DNA from: a virus
Taxonomy: Duplodnaviria > Caudoviricetes
IMG/VR virus record: IMGVR_UViG_3300021376_000070
Span: 1-56,371 of that record
DNA length: 56,371 bases
Strand: one strand, 5' to 3'
Shown here: piece by piece, positions 8,687-19,800 of the stretch
Position numbering within the stretch: the first letter of the stretch is position 1
How the letters are laid out: each line of letters starts with the position of its first letter
Program-made: the position numbers and the translations under genes
Notes under the pieces: generated by a model
Told to the model about the DNA's origin: nothing
The model's database searches: none
Seen by the model: only the letters and a program-made list of their open reading frames with translations

Positions 8687-9088
8687 TCAGCGTTTAAACA
8701 CCGACTCAAGCTCTTCGACCCGGATCTCACACCTCGGGTTCTCTTTATCCAATCCCCAGTAGATGTGCTTCTCCTTGACCTGCCTGTCGTTCTCGTAGGC
8801 AACCCCCTGAAGTAAATCAAGGATCAGGCTCTCGTCCAGATCAGGACGGCGGCTGGCATACCAGATACGGATATGCACCACCACATCCCCCTCCAGCAAC
8901 TTGGATGCAGGCTTTGCTTGCAGTTTAAACGCAGAGACATAGGACAAAGCCTTCGATGATTTGATCAGTCTGGGTGCGCCTCCGATCAAGACCATCTTCC
9001 TGCTGTTTGCCTTGGAGGCTGGCTCCCCCAAGATTTTGAACACAAGTGCTTGCGGTGCGTTCGTGTTAGTGCTAACATGGCTCATCAT
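8687..9088 (-). CDS. rusA: RusA-like Holliday junction resolvase
   Basis: GEPASKANS...RPDLD...DLLQG...NDRQV...NPRCEIRV; exact start uncertain. Confidence 0.8.
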   Translation of the reverse strand: MMSHVSTNTNAPQALVFKILGEPASKANSRKMVLIGGAPRLIKSSKALSYVSAFKLQAKPASKLLEGDVVVHIRIWYASRRPDLDESLILDLLQGVAYENDRQVKEKHIYWGLDKENPRCEIRVEELESVFKR

Positions 9089-9115
9089 CGTTCTTTCACT
9101 CTATGGAGGCTACCA

Positions 9116-9979
9116 TTGAAGATCACAAACAAGCATAGCGTTCCCGAAACGCTTGTCGCTCTTGCAACCCGAGATTACTACAGCAAGGGCAGGGCTGACT
9201 ACAGCGTCACAGAAATCATTTCCCCTCCTCGCATCCAGCGTCTGCGCCGCCAGCACGCGGAGCAGATGGAGCAGGATGTTGCCGATATGCTCTGGCAGCT
9301 TCTGGGGTCTGCGCTTCATGTCGTGGCAGAGAGGGGGGTCGCCCCGGGTTATGTTACTGAGGAGCGCATCACCACCGAGATTGACGGGGTCAAGCTCTCC
9401 GGAGCCATCGACATCCAGAAGATCGATCCGGACGGGGTCACCATCACCGACTACAAGTTCACCTCTGCATGGGCGCTGCGGCAGGACAAGCCCGAATGGG
9501 AAGCCCAGCAGAACATCTACGCATGGCTGGTGGAGCGGGAGAAGAAGCAAAAGGTCAAGGGGGTGAAGATATGCGCCCTCATACGCGATTGGAGCCGCCG
9601 TGAGGCGTCTGTCAAGCCTGACTACCCCCAAGCCCCCATCCAAGTCATTGACCTGCCCCTGTGGGCTATGGACAAGACCGAGCAGTATGTCAGGCAAAGG
9701 ATCGAGTCTCATCGCGTGAGCAAGGTCCAAGCGGATTGGGGCGATGAACTACCGCCCTGCACAGACGATGAGCGGTGGGTGCGCGAGACGATTTATGCCG
9801 TCAAGCGCGAGGGCAGGAAGACCGCCATTCGAGTTTTCGACAACGAACAGCAAGCCAAGGAGTTGGCAGAGAAAGAGAAGGGCTATGTTGAAGTACGCCC
9901 GGGAGAAGCCATCCGCTGCACTGGCAACTTCTGCGGTGTGGCTCAGTGGTGCAGTCAATTTAAAGGAGAACAGGCATGA
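9116..9979 (+). CDS. PD-(D/E)XK nuclease (recombination exonuclease)
   Basis: SVTEII, GSALH, SGAID...DYK, QQNIY, C-terminal Cys cluster; TTG start after GGAGG. Confidence 0.8.
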   Translation: MKITNKHSVPETLVALATRDYYSKGRADYSVTEIISPPRIQRLRRQHAEQMEQDVADMLWQLLGSALHVVAERGVAPGYVTEERITTEIDGVKLSGAIDIQKIDPDGVTITDYKFTSAWALRQDKPEWEAQQNIYAWLVEREKKQKVKGVKICALIRDWSRREASVKPDYPQAPIQVIDLPLWAMDKTEQYVRQRIESHRVSKVQADWGDELPPCTDDERWVRETIYAVKREGRKTAIRVFDNEQQAKELAEKEKGYVEVRPGEAIRCTGNFCGVAQWCSQFKGEQA

Positions 9980-10602
9980 ATGTCTATCAGAAACTCAATG
10001 AAGCGCGTGATCTATTTCACCAAGCGCCACTAAAGAAGAGCGGACACAACAAGTTCGCTGGTTACTCGTACTTCGAATTGGGAGACTTCGTTGTCCCTGC
10101 GCTTGAGATTTTCAAGCAGGTAGGGTTGACCTCGGTCATTTCGTTCAGACACGATGAGGCGACGATGACTATCGTCAACAACGACAAGCCCGATGAGGTC
10201 GTCATTATCTCTACCCCGATGAGCGAGGCATCACTCAAGGGTTGCCATCCGGTGCAGAACCTCGGTGCTGTGCAGACCTACCTGCGCCGCTACCTGTGGG
10301 TCGCTGCGATGGAGATCGTGGAGCATGACGCACTCGACTCAACCACCGGAGACAAGACCAAGGAAGTGCCACAGCCCAAGAAGATCATCGCTGGCAGGTA
10401 TGAAGAACAAAACCCGAAGGATGAACTTTTCGCGCAGTCCATGATCACTTGGGGAAGCTCTTGTACCTCTCTGACTGAACTGACTGATCTGTGGAAGACC
10501 AACCAACAGCAAATCGATGAACTGAAGAAGAACAGCAAAGAACTGTTCAAGCGTGTCCAAGAGCATTTCGCTCAACTCAAGTCAAATTTCCAAGAGGAAT
10601 AA
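9976..10602 (+). CDS. erf: ERF-family ssDNA annealing protein
   Basis: KKSGHNKFAGYSYFEL...GAVQTYLRRY. Confidence 0.85.
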   Translation: MNVYQKLNEARDLFHQAPLKKSGHNKFAGYSYFELGDFVVPALEIFKQVGLTSVISFRHDEATMTIVNNDKPDEVVIISTPMSEASLKGCHPVQNLGAVQTYLRRYLWVAAMEIVEHDALDSTTGDKTKEVPQPKKIIAGRYEEQNPKDELFAQSMITWGSSCTSLTELTDLWKTNQQQIDELKKNSKELFKRVQEHFAQLKSNFQEE

Positions 10603-10857
10603 ATGGAATACACAAATAGCGGAACTCTGTTCCACAACTCGGTCAAGAAGAACCCCAAGGCTCCGGACTATTCCGGTGAAGCCACACTGGACCTAGCCAA
10701 GCTGGGCATTGGACAAGGCATTCACAAGATTCGCGTAGCGGGTTGGAAAAAGACCTCGTCCAAAGGAACCACCTTCCTTTCGTTCCAGTTCAGCGCCAAG
10801 CAGGACCAACAACCTGCTCGCAAGCAAGAATCCTTTGGTGAAGACGATCCCTTTTAA
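10603..10857 (+). CDS. small SSB-like protein
   Basis: NSGTLF...PDYSG...AGW, acidic EDDPF tail; follows ERF. Confidence 0.7.
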   Translation: MEYTNSGTLFHNSVKKNPKAPDYSGEATLDLAKLGIGQGIHKIRVAGWKKTSSKGTTFLSFQFSAKQDQQPARKQESFGEDDPF

Positions 10858-11165
10858 TGGAGATGAACATGAAGAAAATTAACAAAATTGGGCTTCTGCG
10901 TAACAACCCTTCCATGACCTTTGAGGAATGGAACAAGAAGACCGGGGGGTCCAAGAACCTTTACCGTGTCTACAAGGCAACCTTGAAGAGGGCTAAACCT
11001 GCGGTCAAGAAGGTCAGGCAAGTCAAGAAAGAAACGATGGTCATTCCATCTTTACCAGATCCAAAGCTGCGTGATGAGATTGCCGATCTGAGGCACCAGA
11101 TTGTGGGGTTCAGGGCGGTCATCTCCTACCTTGAGAACCAACTGGGATTGAGGAACTCGCAGTGA
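10857..11165 (+). CDS. hypothetical protein with C-terminal coiled coil
   Basis: Operon packing. Confidence 0.6.
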   Translation: MEMNMKKINKIGLLRNNPSMTFEEWNKKTGGSKNLYRVYKATLKRAKPAVKKVRQVKKETMVIPSLPDPKLRDEIADLRHQIVGFRAVISYLENQLGLRNSQ

Positions 11166-11575
11166 GTGCCCTGCAATTTGAAGCAGTCAAGGTCGCTCTC
11201 AAGCAGGATGCGACCGGCTACATCATGACCGTCAAGATTCATCCGGATGAGATTCCGGAGGAACTCTTGCGGGACTTTGTAGGCTCAAGGTACGGCGTAG
11301 CTATGGTGCGTATAAATGACGACGAGTCGCCCATGCTGGTCAAGAACCGAGTGCAGAAGGCAGGGATGCTGTGTCGGCACAACTGGTTCCACAAGTTTTT
11401 GCAAGAGAACTACAACCTCGGCAGAGCCAATGAGGCTATTGCCACCCGATTTATCCATGACATCTGCGGTATCAAGTCACGCACGGAGTTAAACGGCAAT
11501 GCCGAGGCTCAGGCTGTGTTCGACAAGATATGTCAGCAATACGAAGAATGGAGCGCACGGAATGACCCGTTTTAA
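11162..11575 (+). CDS. hypothetical phage protein
   Basis: GTGA overlap; 137-aa ORF ending in DPF. Confidence 0.7.
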   Translation: MSALQFEAVKVALKQDATGYIMTVKIHPDEIPEELLRDFVGSRYGVAMVRINDDESPMLVKNRVQKAGMLCRHNWFHKFLQENYNLGRANEAIATRFIHDICGIKSRTELNGNAEAQAVFDKICQQYEEWSARNDPF

Positions 11576-11912
11576 AACTGTCGTTCCTCTGATGATTTAT
11601 GTCTACCCGACCGAGGCAGAAAAGCTCAAGAAATTTGCCAAGAGAGCCAAGAAGACCGTCTCTCAGGTCGCCCGGGAAGGCATAGCCATGCGGATGAACA
11701 AGAAAGATCCCTACAACACGGGATTCGATGAAGGATTGAGGACCGCCATGAATGTGGCAGTCAAGACGGAGGGGGCGCAGATGCGCTTTCCTTCCGGTAA
11801 ATCTTTTGGGCAACTGGTGTGGGATGAGATCGAGAAGTTTAAACGCGAGATGCCAGATGATCCATCTGAGGTAGAAGCTCAACCGGAGGCTGAAGATGAC
11901 CGCCAACAATGA
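11562..11912 (+). CDS. ribbon-helix-helix-like DNA-binding protein
   Basis: PLMIYVY...EKLKKFAKRAKKTVSQVAREGI pattern; SD GGAG. Confidence 0.6.
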   Translation: MTRFKTVVPLMIYVYPTEAEKLKKFAKRAKKTVSQVAREGIAMRMNKKDPYNTGFDEGLRTAMNVAVKTEGAQMRFPSGKSFGQLVWDEIEKFKREMPDDPSEVEAQPEAEDDRQQ

Positions 11913-12111
11913 GCAGGTAGGTGGCACTCATTACAAGAGCAAAACCATTCAGCCTTGGGACTACATTGCAGCCAACAACATTGGTTACTTTGAAGGCAAC
12001 ATCATCAAGTATGTATCAAGGTGGCAGGAGAAGGGGGGTGTCAACGACCTGCAAAAGGCGTTGCACTACCTTCAAAAGCTCATTGAATTAAACGGGGATG
12101 ACAAGAGATGA
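11896..12111 (+). CDS. DUF3310 (SaV / T7 gp1.7-like) protein
   Basis: QVGGTHY...GNIIKYVSRW.EKGG..DLQKALHYL. Confidence 0.85.
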   Translation: MTANNEQVGGTHYKSKTIQPWDYIAANNIGYFEGNIIKYVSRWQEKGGVNDLQKALHYLQKLIELNGDDKR

Positions 12112-12156
12112 CATTACCCTTGCATACATCTTTGTTGCCGTGGAGATCACAGCTAA

Positions 12157-12966
12157 ATGACCATTAAGGACATTCTGGAGGCATATGGAAAGCATCTGGA
12201 GCAGACCATCACCCATGCTCGGGGGATGATTGCCATCCGCAATCTTTCCTCCCTGTATGGATGCACCGTCCGCAATGTGTCCAAACAGATCGAAAGGCAC
12301 ATCCAGACCCGCAAGGCATCCCCGGGAACCATCAACCGAGAGCTGACCGTGCTCCAAGCAGCCCTGAGATGGGCGTTTAAACGGGGTGATATTGACTTCC
12401 TGCCCGCCATCCCCCGGCTACCCTCCCCCCCTCCCCGGTCCCGGTTCCTGACCGAGGCGCAGGTCTCAATCCTGCTGGAGGCGGCAAAGCCCCACCCCCA
12501 TGTTCACACCTTCATCCGGATCGCCCTGATGACCGGACAAAGGAAGGAAGCCATCCTGTCCCTGACTTGGGATCAGGTGGACTTTGAGTCTGGGCTGGTG
12601 GACTTCAACGACCGCTCAGGAGCGTTTTTCCACCGCAGAAAGGGTCGAGGTATCGTCCCCATGTCAGATGCGCTCAGAAGCCTTTTAAAGGGCTTACAGG
12701 GGGATCATATGAATGTGATCCACCACAACGGTAAGCGGGTCAGGGATTTCAGGGTTATCTGGTCCAAGCTGATGAAGCAGACGGGACTGAACATCACCCC
12801 CCATGTGCTTCGGCATACCGTTGCCACCCAGCTTGCCCAGAAGAATGTGCCTATGCCCCAGATTTCCCGGCTCTTGGGGCACAGAAGCACCGTCATCACC
12901 GAGCGGGTCTATGCCAAGTTTTCACCAGAGTTCTGCCGGACGGCAGTCTCTTACCTTAATGTTTAA
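12157..12966 (+). CDS. tyrosine recombinase/integrase
   Basis: TGQRKEAI (R), HVLRHT, LLGH, YAK catalytic residues. Confidence 0.9.
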   Translation: MTIKDILEAYGKHLEQTITHARGMIAIRNLSSLYGCTVRNVSKQIERHIQTRKASPGTINRELTVLQAALRWAFKRGDIDFLPAIPRLPSPPPRSRFLTEAQVSILLEAAKPHPHVHTFIRIALMTGQRKEAILSLTWDQVDFESGLVDFNDRSGAFFHRRKGRGIVPMSDALRSLLKGLQGDHMNVIHHNGKRVRDFRVIWSKLMKQTGLNITPHVLRHTVATQLAQKNVPMPQISRLLGHRSTVITERVYAKFSPEFCRTAVSYLNV

Positions 12967-12969
12967 ACA

Positions 12970-13410
12970 ATGAGCTTTGATGAAGACTTCAACCGAGGGG
13001 TTTCTGCCGAGAACAAGGTTCTCCAAATCCTACGCAGGAAGTACCCCAGTGCCACCCTCGTCAACGGGTACTCGGGGTATGACATCTGGGTGCCAGAAAA
13101 GCAGTACGGGGTTGAGGTCAAGTTCGACCCCAAGTCCAAGGAGACCGGCAATGTGGTGATAGAGATCGAGATGTCTGGCAAGCCCTCGGCTTTGTTTACA
13201 ACCGAGGCGGCTTGGTGGGTGTTCTATGATGGCTCCTCCTACGCTTGGATCAAGCCCCGGGATATTTTCTGGTGCATCATCTACAACAAGCTGTTTTGGG
13301 TAGAGTTCACAGGCTCTGGGGACAAGAACCCCAAGAAAGCCTTTTTGCTCGACAAAAGATTACTCTTCACATACGCAAAGACGCATGGTGAGATGGAGGA
13401 CATTTTTTGA
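12970..13410 (+). CDS. PD-(D/E)XK restriction-endonuclease-fold protein
   Basis: AE...YDI...VEVKFD...TGNVVIE. Confidence 0.65.
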   Translation: MSFDEDFNRGVSAENKVLQILRRKYPSATLVNGYSGYDIWVPEKQYGVEVKFDPKSKETGNVVIEIEMSGKPSALFTTEAAWWVFYDGSSYAWIKPRDIFWCIIYNKLFWVEFTGSGDKNPKKAFLLDKRLLFTYAKTHGEMEDIF

Positions 13411-13733
13411 ATAAACGACAACGCTGGTTCCAAACCCTGCAAGAACTTGGGTGCATTGTTTGTTTAAACGAGATGAACATCCGCAGCGAACCAGACATTC
13501 ACCACATCCACAGGAACGGCAGAAGGGTCGATGATTTCCATACCATCCCCCTTTGTCCTTCCCACCACAGGCTGGGCATCAAGAACCAGATCGCCGTTTC
13601 CCGCCACCCTTGGAAGGCAGAGTTTGAGAGACGCTATGGAACAGAATGGGAACTCTACGAGCAAACCAAGCAAAGGGTGGAAGTATTGCTTCAAATGCAA
13701 TCGATCCTACCCGCCCGAGATGATGAAGCCTAA
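13407..13733 (+). CDS. ref: Ref-like recombination enhancement HNH nuclease
   Basis: LGCIVC...DIHH...TIPLCPSHHR. Confidence 0.75.
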   Translation: MNKRQRWFQTLQELGCIVCLNEMNIRSEPDIHHIHRNGRRVDDFHTIPLCPSHHRLGIKNQIAVSRHPWKAEFERRYGTEWELYEQTKQRVEVLLQMQSILPARDDEA

Positions 13734-13818
13734 GTACGACACGAGAGGAAGAAAGATCGGCGCTCAGTGCATCAATTGCCATGCACGCCAATCTGTCTCT
13801 CTCATGCGGAAGGTTTAA
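13636..13818 (+). CDS. small zinc-finger protein
   Basis: CFKC...CINC; ends head-to-head with the giant gene. Confidence 0.45.
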   Translation: MEQNGNSTSKPSKGWKYCFKCNRSYPPEMMKPKYDTRGRKIGAQCINCHARQSVSLMRKV

Positions 13819-13822
13819 AACC

Positions 13823-16800
13823 TCACTGTCTGGCTTCGCCGTAAAGCTGGTTCAGGGATGTCATCAGGTTCAGCATGGCATCGTCAATGTTTCGGATGCT
13901 GTCGCGTTCAGCCCCAGATTCCTGCAAGGCTTTTTTGACCTGACGCAGCTTGCTGATCTTGCTGTAGATTTTGTCCCCAACCTGATACATCGAAGCCTCT
14001 GGGTTCTGGTTGATGTACTCAGAGATGTCCTCACCCTTGAGCATTCTTCCTTCAATCTCTGCCTGATGCTCGTTGAGACGCTTGATGTTCTCATAAAAGC
14101 GGGTGGTCTGTGCAGCCTTCTGCTGGACATTTCCAATCAACCTGCCAGCAATCGGGATGTTGTATGTAGCAAGCTCTTCCCCGGTTGCAGCAGCCTCAAC
14201 GCCCCGAGCAATCTTCATGGCTTCACGACCAACACCACCAAAGACTTCGCCAATCAGATATTCAATCTGGTCGGGGGTAGGACTGATCACACCCTTCTTG
14301 AATTCACTGCCACCACTCAATAGGTTGATGGCATAAGCCAAGCCCTGCGTTACAGCAAATGAATTCTGAGAACCTCTGGTATATCCCGGGGTGGGACTCA
14401 TGCTGTTAATGTCCTCACGAGCAATCGGCTTGCCAGTGAAGTCCTTGTTCTCAGCCAGCGCCACAATCGGATCGAGCACGGTCGGAGTCAGCGTTTGAAC
14501 GAAGGTTGCGCTACCGAGTGGGTTGAATCCATCGATGATCATCTGAGCCGTATTGACAACAGCTTTGCCAATGTTCTTGTCATCAGACATAGCAAACTCC
14601 ATCACCCTACGACCAAAACCGGGGATGATGTTGTAGCCAAGAGGCATAGGGATTGCCAGATATTTGCCATCGCCCGTGGGGATGACAAAGGACTTGTCCT
14701 TGATGAAGTCAGGAACCTCATCCTCATCCAATCCAGCCATCGCCAGCAAGACCGCCTGAATGACACCCAGAGACAGTCCACCCATGACAATCCGTTTGCC
14801 AACGGTGGACAGTTTGCCATCGGATGTCAGCAAGGTCTGAGCGATACGAGCCGTGCCCTGTACAGAAGCATTGAAGAAGGCAAACAGGGTCTGGAAGTTA
14901 CGCGATACAGCACCCGTCCGGTTGAAGTTGACAGTAATGTTCTTGGCAAGGCTTGCAGCCCTCTCCTTGGAGATGCCTTGATCCATTGCATTCTTGTACA
15001 CAGAAACACGAACGGCGTTCTCAATGGCATCGTTGAAATCAGACAGCCAATCGAGCAACGCTTTGCCAGCCTTTTTGGGACCACCCTTACCAAAGTTCTG
15101 AATGTCTTTTTGCAACTGTTGAGCACGATCTTCTGCATTCTCAAACATATCCCGGTAGCCAGTCTTGCCACCTTGTAGCTCAAAATCCTCAAAGATTTCA
15201 GCCCACTTGGAATCTGCATCCAGACCATTGCGCTTGCGGCGCAGATCACGATACACAGCCTTGATGGCGGTAAAGGCATCAGCGATAACCTTGCGCTCAT
15301 TGCCCTTCAGGGGGGTGTTCTGCAAGTTCAATGCAGCGCCACCAATGTCTCGCATCAGGTTGTAGATACCGAACGCTGGGTTGTACTGCGTGTTGACAGA
15401 GGCAAAGAACCGAGTGCCTTTGCCAACGCCCTCGATGGTCTTGCGGTAGTAATCACCAGCAGTGCCCATCATGCGAATTGCCTCACCCTGCTGTTGGGCA
15501 TCCAGATTCTTCAAGGTCGAGACCATCCTCATGGCTCTCTCATCGTTGAGATTAAAGCCAATGATCCGGTCCTCGCCGTTTATACGGGTAATGAAGATGT
15601 TGCCAGCGTTCTTCCACATCGGAGAAACCTGCTGGGTCACCAAGCCCGTCTTCTTGTCTATGACCTTGCGGGTAGGACGAGAGACCAAGTTCTCAACCAT
15701 GTCCGGATCAATGCCAAGATCAATCAACTCTCTGGTCAGCACAGTCTTGTTAGTCTTCTCTGGATTGATGACAGCCCAGAAACCCTTGTTTGGGTTTTGC
15801 AAGACCAATCCGTATAGAGCATTGCCAACACGGTTCTTTTCACCGCGAACAATGGTTCTTTCCCGTTGCATGGCGATGTTAGACAGAACATCCACCACCT
15901 TCTTGGAAGAACCCATACGCTGCCCCACGGTCCTGCCACGAATGTTGTAGCCACGACCAATGCTGATGGGGCTTCCTTCTGTTTCCTCGCGGAACAAAGG
16001 GACATAGTGCTTGTATGTCTTTTCCCATGTATCGATGGTCTCTGGCTTCTCCAGCCCATAGTCAACCATCAAATCACGGGTCTTCTTGGTGATGTCATCA
16101 ACCTCTTTAGCCAGCCTCTCCAGAGCAGCCTTTCTGGGCGCAGGCAAGGACTTCATGTAGTCATCTGCTTGCTGATCGGTCATGCCTGCATTGGCGGCAG
16201 GATCAGGATTGATGGAGCGGATGTAGTCATTCGCCTCTTTGGCATGACGAGCCAAAAGGTATTGATCCATCTCATCCAAAGAGACCTGAGCAGAATCCAT
16301 CTTCCGGAGCAAAGGCTGAAGCTCTACATCCGTAAATTGCTTGACCCGGGCAGCGGATCTGCCGTGGAACAACTCTTCCTTGAGGTAAGCATTCCAACGA
16401 TCAGAGATGTCCCTGCCAGTCTGTCGAATGCCCTCAATAACCCGCTTGAGATCGATCTGCTTGTCTTGCAACAGGTAGATCAGGTTGTCTCGGGTGGCAG
16501 TCGGCTCCACATCAAACGCACCTTGAGGGATGTTTTGTGCCGACTCAATGTCCACAGGCTGGACCGTCCGCAGAGAATACTGAGGTTTCTTCAGGGTCAA
16601 CTTACCACGAGGCTCCCGAGGCGTTTCAACGGTTTGCGCCGCTGATTCCAAGATATTGCTCGGCGTGTAAACGCGCTTTGTTTGCACGGGAACTGGCTTA
16701 CGACCAACCCGCTCACCTTCAGCAATCACCTCAATACCACGCAAGGGGGTCAAGAACTCTGCCACCTTCGGAGCACGACCCACCCACACAGGATTGCCGT

Positions 16801-19800
16801 AGCGGCGGCTGGGGTTCTCCTGTGTGTACATCGTAACGATGGACATCTCATCCTTGCCGGGGGATACCACAAGGGAGTTCTTGCCGTCATACAGGATGAA
16901 CTTGTTGCCATCCTTGTAGATGGCGTTGTAGTTCTGTGCAGTGCGCTGGGCAGTCCGGGCAATCTTTTCCAGCAGTTCTTCTGCACCTCCGGGCATCCTC
17001 TTGGGATCATTGAGCACCCGATTGAGAATGTGGTTGGCTCCAAAAGAGACAGGCTTTGAGAGCTTCTCATTGTCCCGCTCTGGTATGAGATCGTTGTGCA
17101 TACCGATCAGCATACGGATGGGCTTGCCGTTTACACGCTCTGGCATGACGCCCATGCTGCCATCAGGATTGCCACCCTCGGTCGGAACGATGGGCGAATC
17201 AGGATCGAGGTTCTTCAGAGAGACGGCATAGCGGATGTCGTTGTTGTCACGGGCGAATGTGCCGATGTTCCCGATGGCAGACTTGACTTGATTGGGTTCG
17301 TATACAGCAAGATTCTTCAGCCCACCTTCCATCACATAGAAGCCATCGTGCCCGAGAGATTTGATGGCATCCTGAACTCGCTCTGCTTCAATGGTTTTCC
17401 AACTACCGGACTCAAGAAATTCTGCATTCCTGTCGCCATACTTTTGCTCTGTCGGCTTTAGAAAGCGGTTGTATTTTGGCTCGTTGAGTTTTTGAACCAG
17501 CGCCTGAATTTGTTCAGCGTCCTCAAAATCAAACGGGTTCTCAGCGCGGACAAACACCGGCATGATGTTTTGACCCGTCTCCATGTAGGGCTGCATGAAC
17601 TGTGCGATTTGTGGGTCGATGCCGTATCGATTCATGTTCCCACCAGTCATTGCAGTCTGGTAGGCGAACTTGGCATCGGCTGGAGTGATTAGACCGTTCT
17701 GCCTTGCAAGACGCAGTGCGCTCTTGATGACCTTGTCTTTGTCTTGATCTGGCAGTTCGTTGAAACGCTCGCGGACGATGTAGTCCATCGACATATCAGC
17801 GAAGCCTTCAGCAAAGCGAGGGCGATCAGTCACAAAGATGGCATTGGCTTGCTTCGGACGGAACTCGGTGATGTCACGGGCAGTGCCGTGGTACATGACC
17901 TTGGGCTTGCCTTCATCATCTACTATCGTGGATTTGCCGAACCACTTTTTAAACTCAGGGGCTTGGGTCTGACGCAGAGCGTACCGAATATCAGGGCTTG
18001 TGACATCAAAGGTGCCAATGTTGCCGATAGCAGATTTAATCTGCTCTGGTTCAAATGCAACCCAATCCCTACCATCTTTCATCCCATCGTAACCACCCGC
18101 TTTAATTACACGAGTCATTGCGGCAGTTGGGAAGTCTATGTTTGGAAACCTTCCTTCTTTAAAAACATCAACTTTTTCTTGAATCCAATCATCTCCAAGC
18201 CTAGGATTGTCGGCGCGAAGTTCTTTTTCAAACTCCTTTGCCATTACTGAGTTATGCGGATTTTTCCCATATATATATGGTTTTTTTATGCTTAGGTAAA
18301 CAGGGATAATCTGAGACCCTTCTTCTTCCCCGGCATATATATTGGCATCCTCAATATCGTGTGTAAAGTAATAGCCATCAGGGTTGCCGACCCTATTTAC
18401 CTTTTTTGATGGTTTGAATATATTACCTTCAAAATTTTTTGTTGCGTGATAAACAACTTGCGGTTTACTATCTTCATCAACAACCTTGCTATCACCAAAC
18501 CAGCGTTTAAATTCAGGGGTGTCGGTTTGACGCAGAGCGTACCGACGATCACCGATCTGGACCGATTCCTCTACCGGCTTTTGACGAATCTGATCCCGAG
18601 TGCCACGGTACTCCACAGGCACATCATTGTTGAGGACCACCATCATGCCCATGCTGGGCACTGCGTATCCGTCATAGCCAGCATCGACAACACCGGACTC
18701 AAAGTTGTTGGGGTCGCCCATTGCCTCCCGGTTGATCCTGCTCATCTCAGGACCGGGTCCAAGCATATTGTTTAAACGCTGGATGTAGACATGACCGCCC
18801 AGCCCTGCCTCGGGGATAGGCATAACCCCGTTCTCGCGGGGGATGTAGAAATAGACTCTGTTTTTGATCCGAGGATCGGCGTATTGCAGACGCTTGGCTT
18901 CTGCCCCTCGGATGCCTGAGCCGTACCTTCTGCCAAACAGGGTGGGGATATCTGCGGTGTTGCTGTAATGCACACCGTCAAAGGTCATTGCTCCCGGCTG
19001 TCGTTCTCCGAGACTGATTCCATCGCCTTCAGTGCTGGGTCGAACGACAGGCTCTGTAGATTTAAGGGAGAACTTTGGGTCTCGTCCGGTATCAGCGACT
19101 GCATCTCTTGCTCGCTCGGTGAAGGACTCACGGATATTGTCAAGCCTTCCTTGTAGATCGGGTCGCTGGGGTCCGCGAGAGTAAATCCCTTGGACAATAC
19201 CAGTTCCAACAGGGTCTGATTTCCAGTCATGGTATGGGTACTCCGATTCTGCGCCAAAGCCTGTGACTTCTTCTAGCTTGGCTATGTTTTCGATCTGTGG
19301 GCGAAGTTCACTCAATCCATTGACGAACTCAGTATCGCTGGTCAGGAAAGGTTGCCCATCCTCCCCACGGAAGTTGATCAATACGATCTCGTTGCCGCGC
19401 ACTCGCGTGAAGCCAGCATCAGCGCCAAACTTCCCATTCAGGAGATTGAGTATCTTTCTTTGCTGCGCTGGTGTCAAAGCCTTGGTGTCAAAACGCAACC
19501 TGAACCCAAGCTGCCCCGTATCCACCAAAGCAGGATCAGCCCGGAAGAACGGTGTTGCATCTTGTTTAAACACATACGACATGGCGTTTGCCAAGTCCAA
19601 CGCTTCTTTCTTGAGCAAGTCCGGATCAGGATTGACAAGCTGAACAATCAAGTTGGGGTTGACTTTGGATTGATAAGCGCCCGATCCGACGGTCACCCGT
19701 ACCTTGCTGGTAAGGTTCAGAGCCTCTGCAATGTTGGGGATGAAGTTCTGCTTGGCGATGGTCTTGGTCAGCTTGTCCTTGGCATCAAACTCAATCTCTT

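Noticed and set aside
8014-8815. ORFs listed in the control region (8014-8577, 8028-8336, 8570-8815)
   Set aside because: No SD or protein motifs; they cross predicted promoters, terminators and RNA stems.
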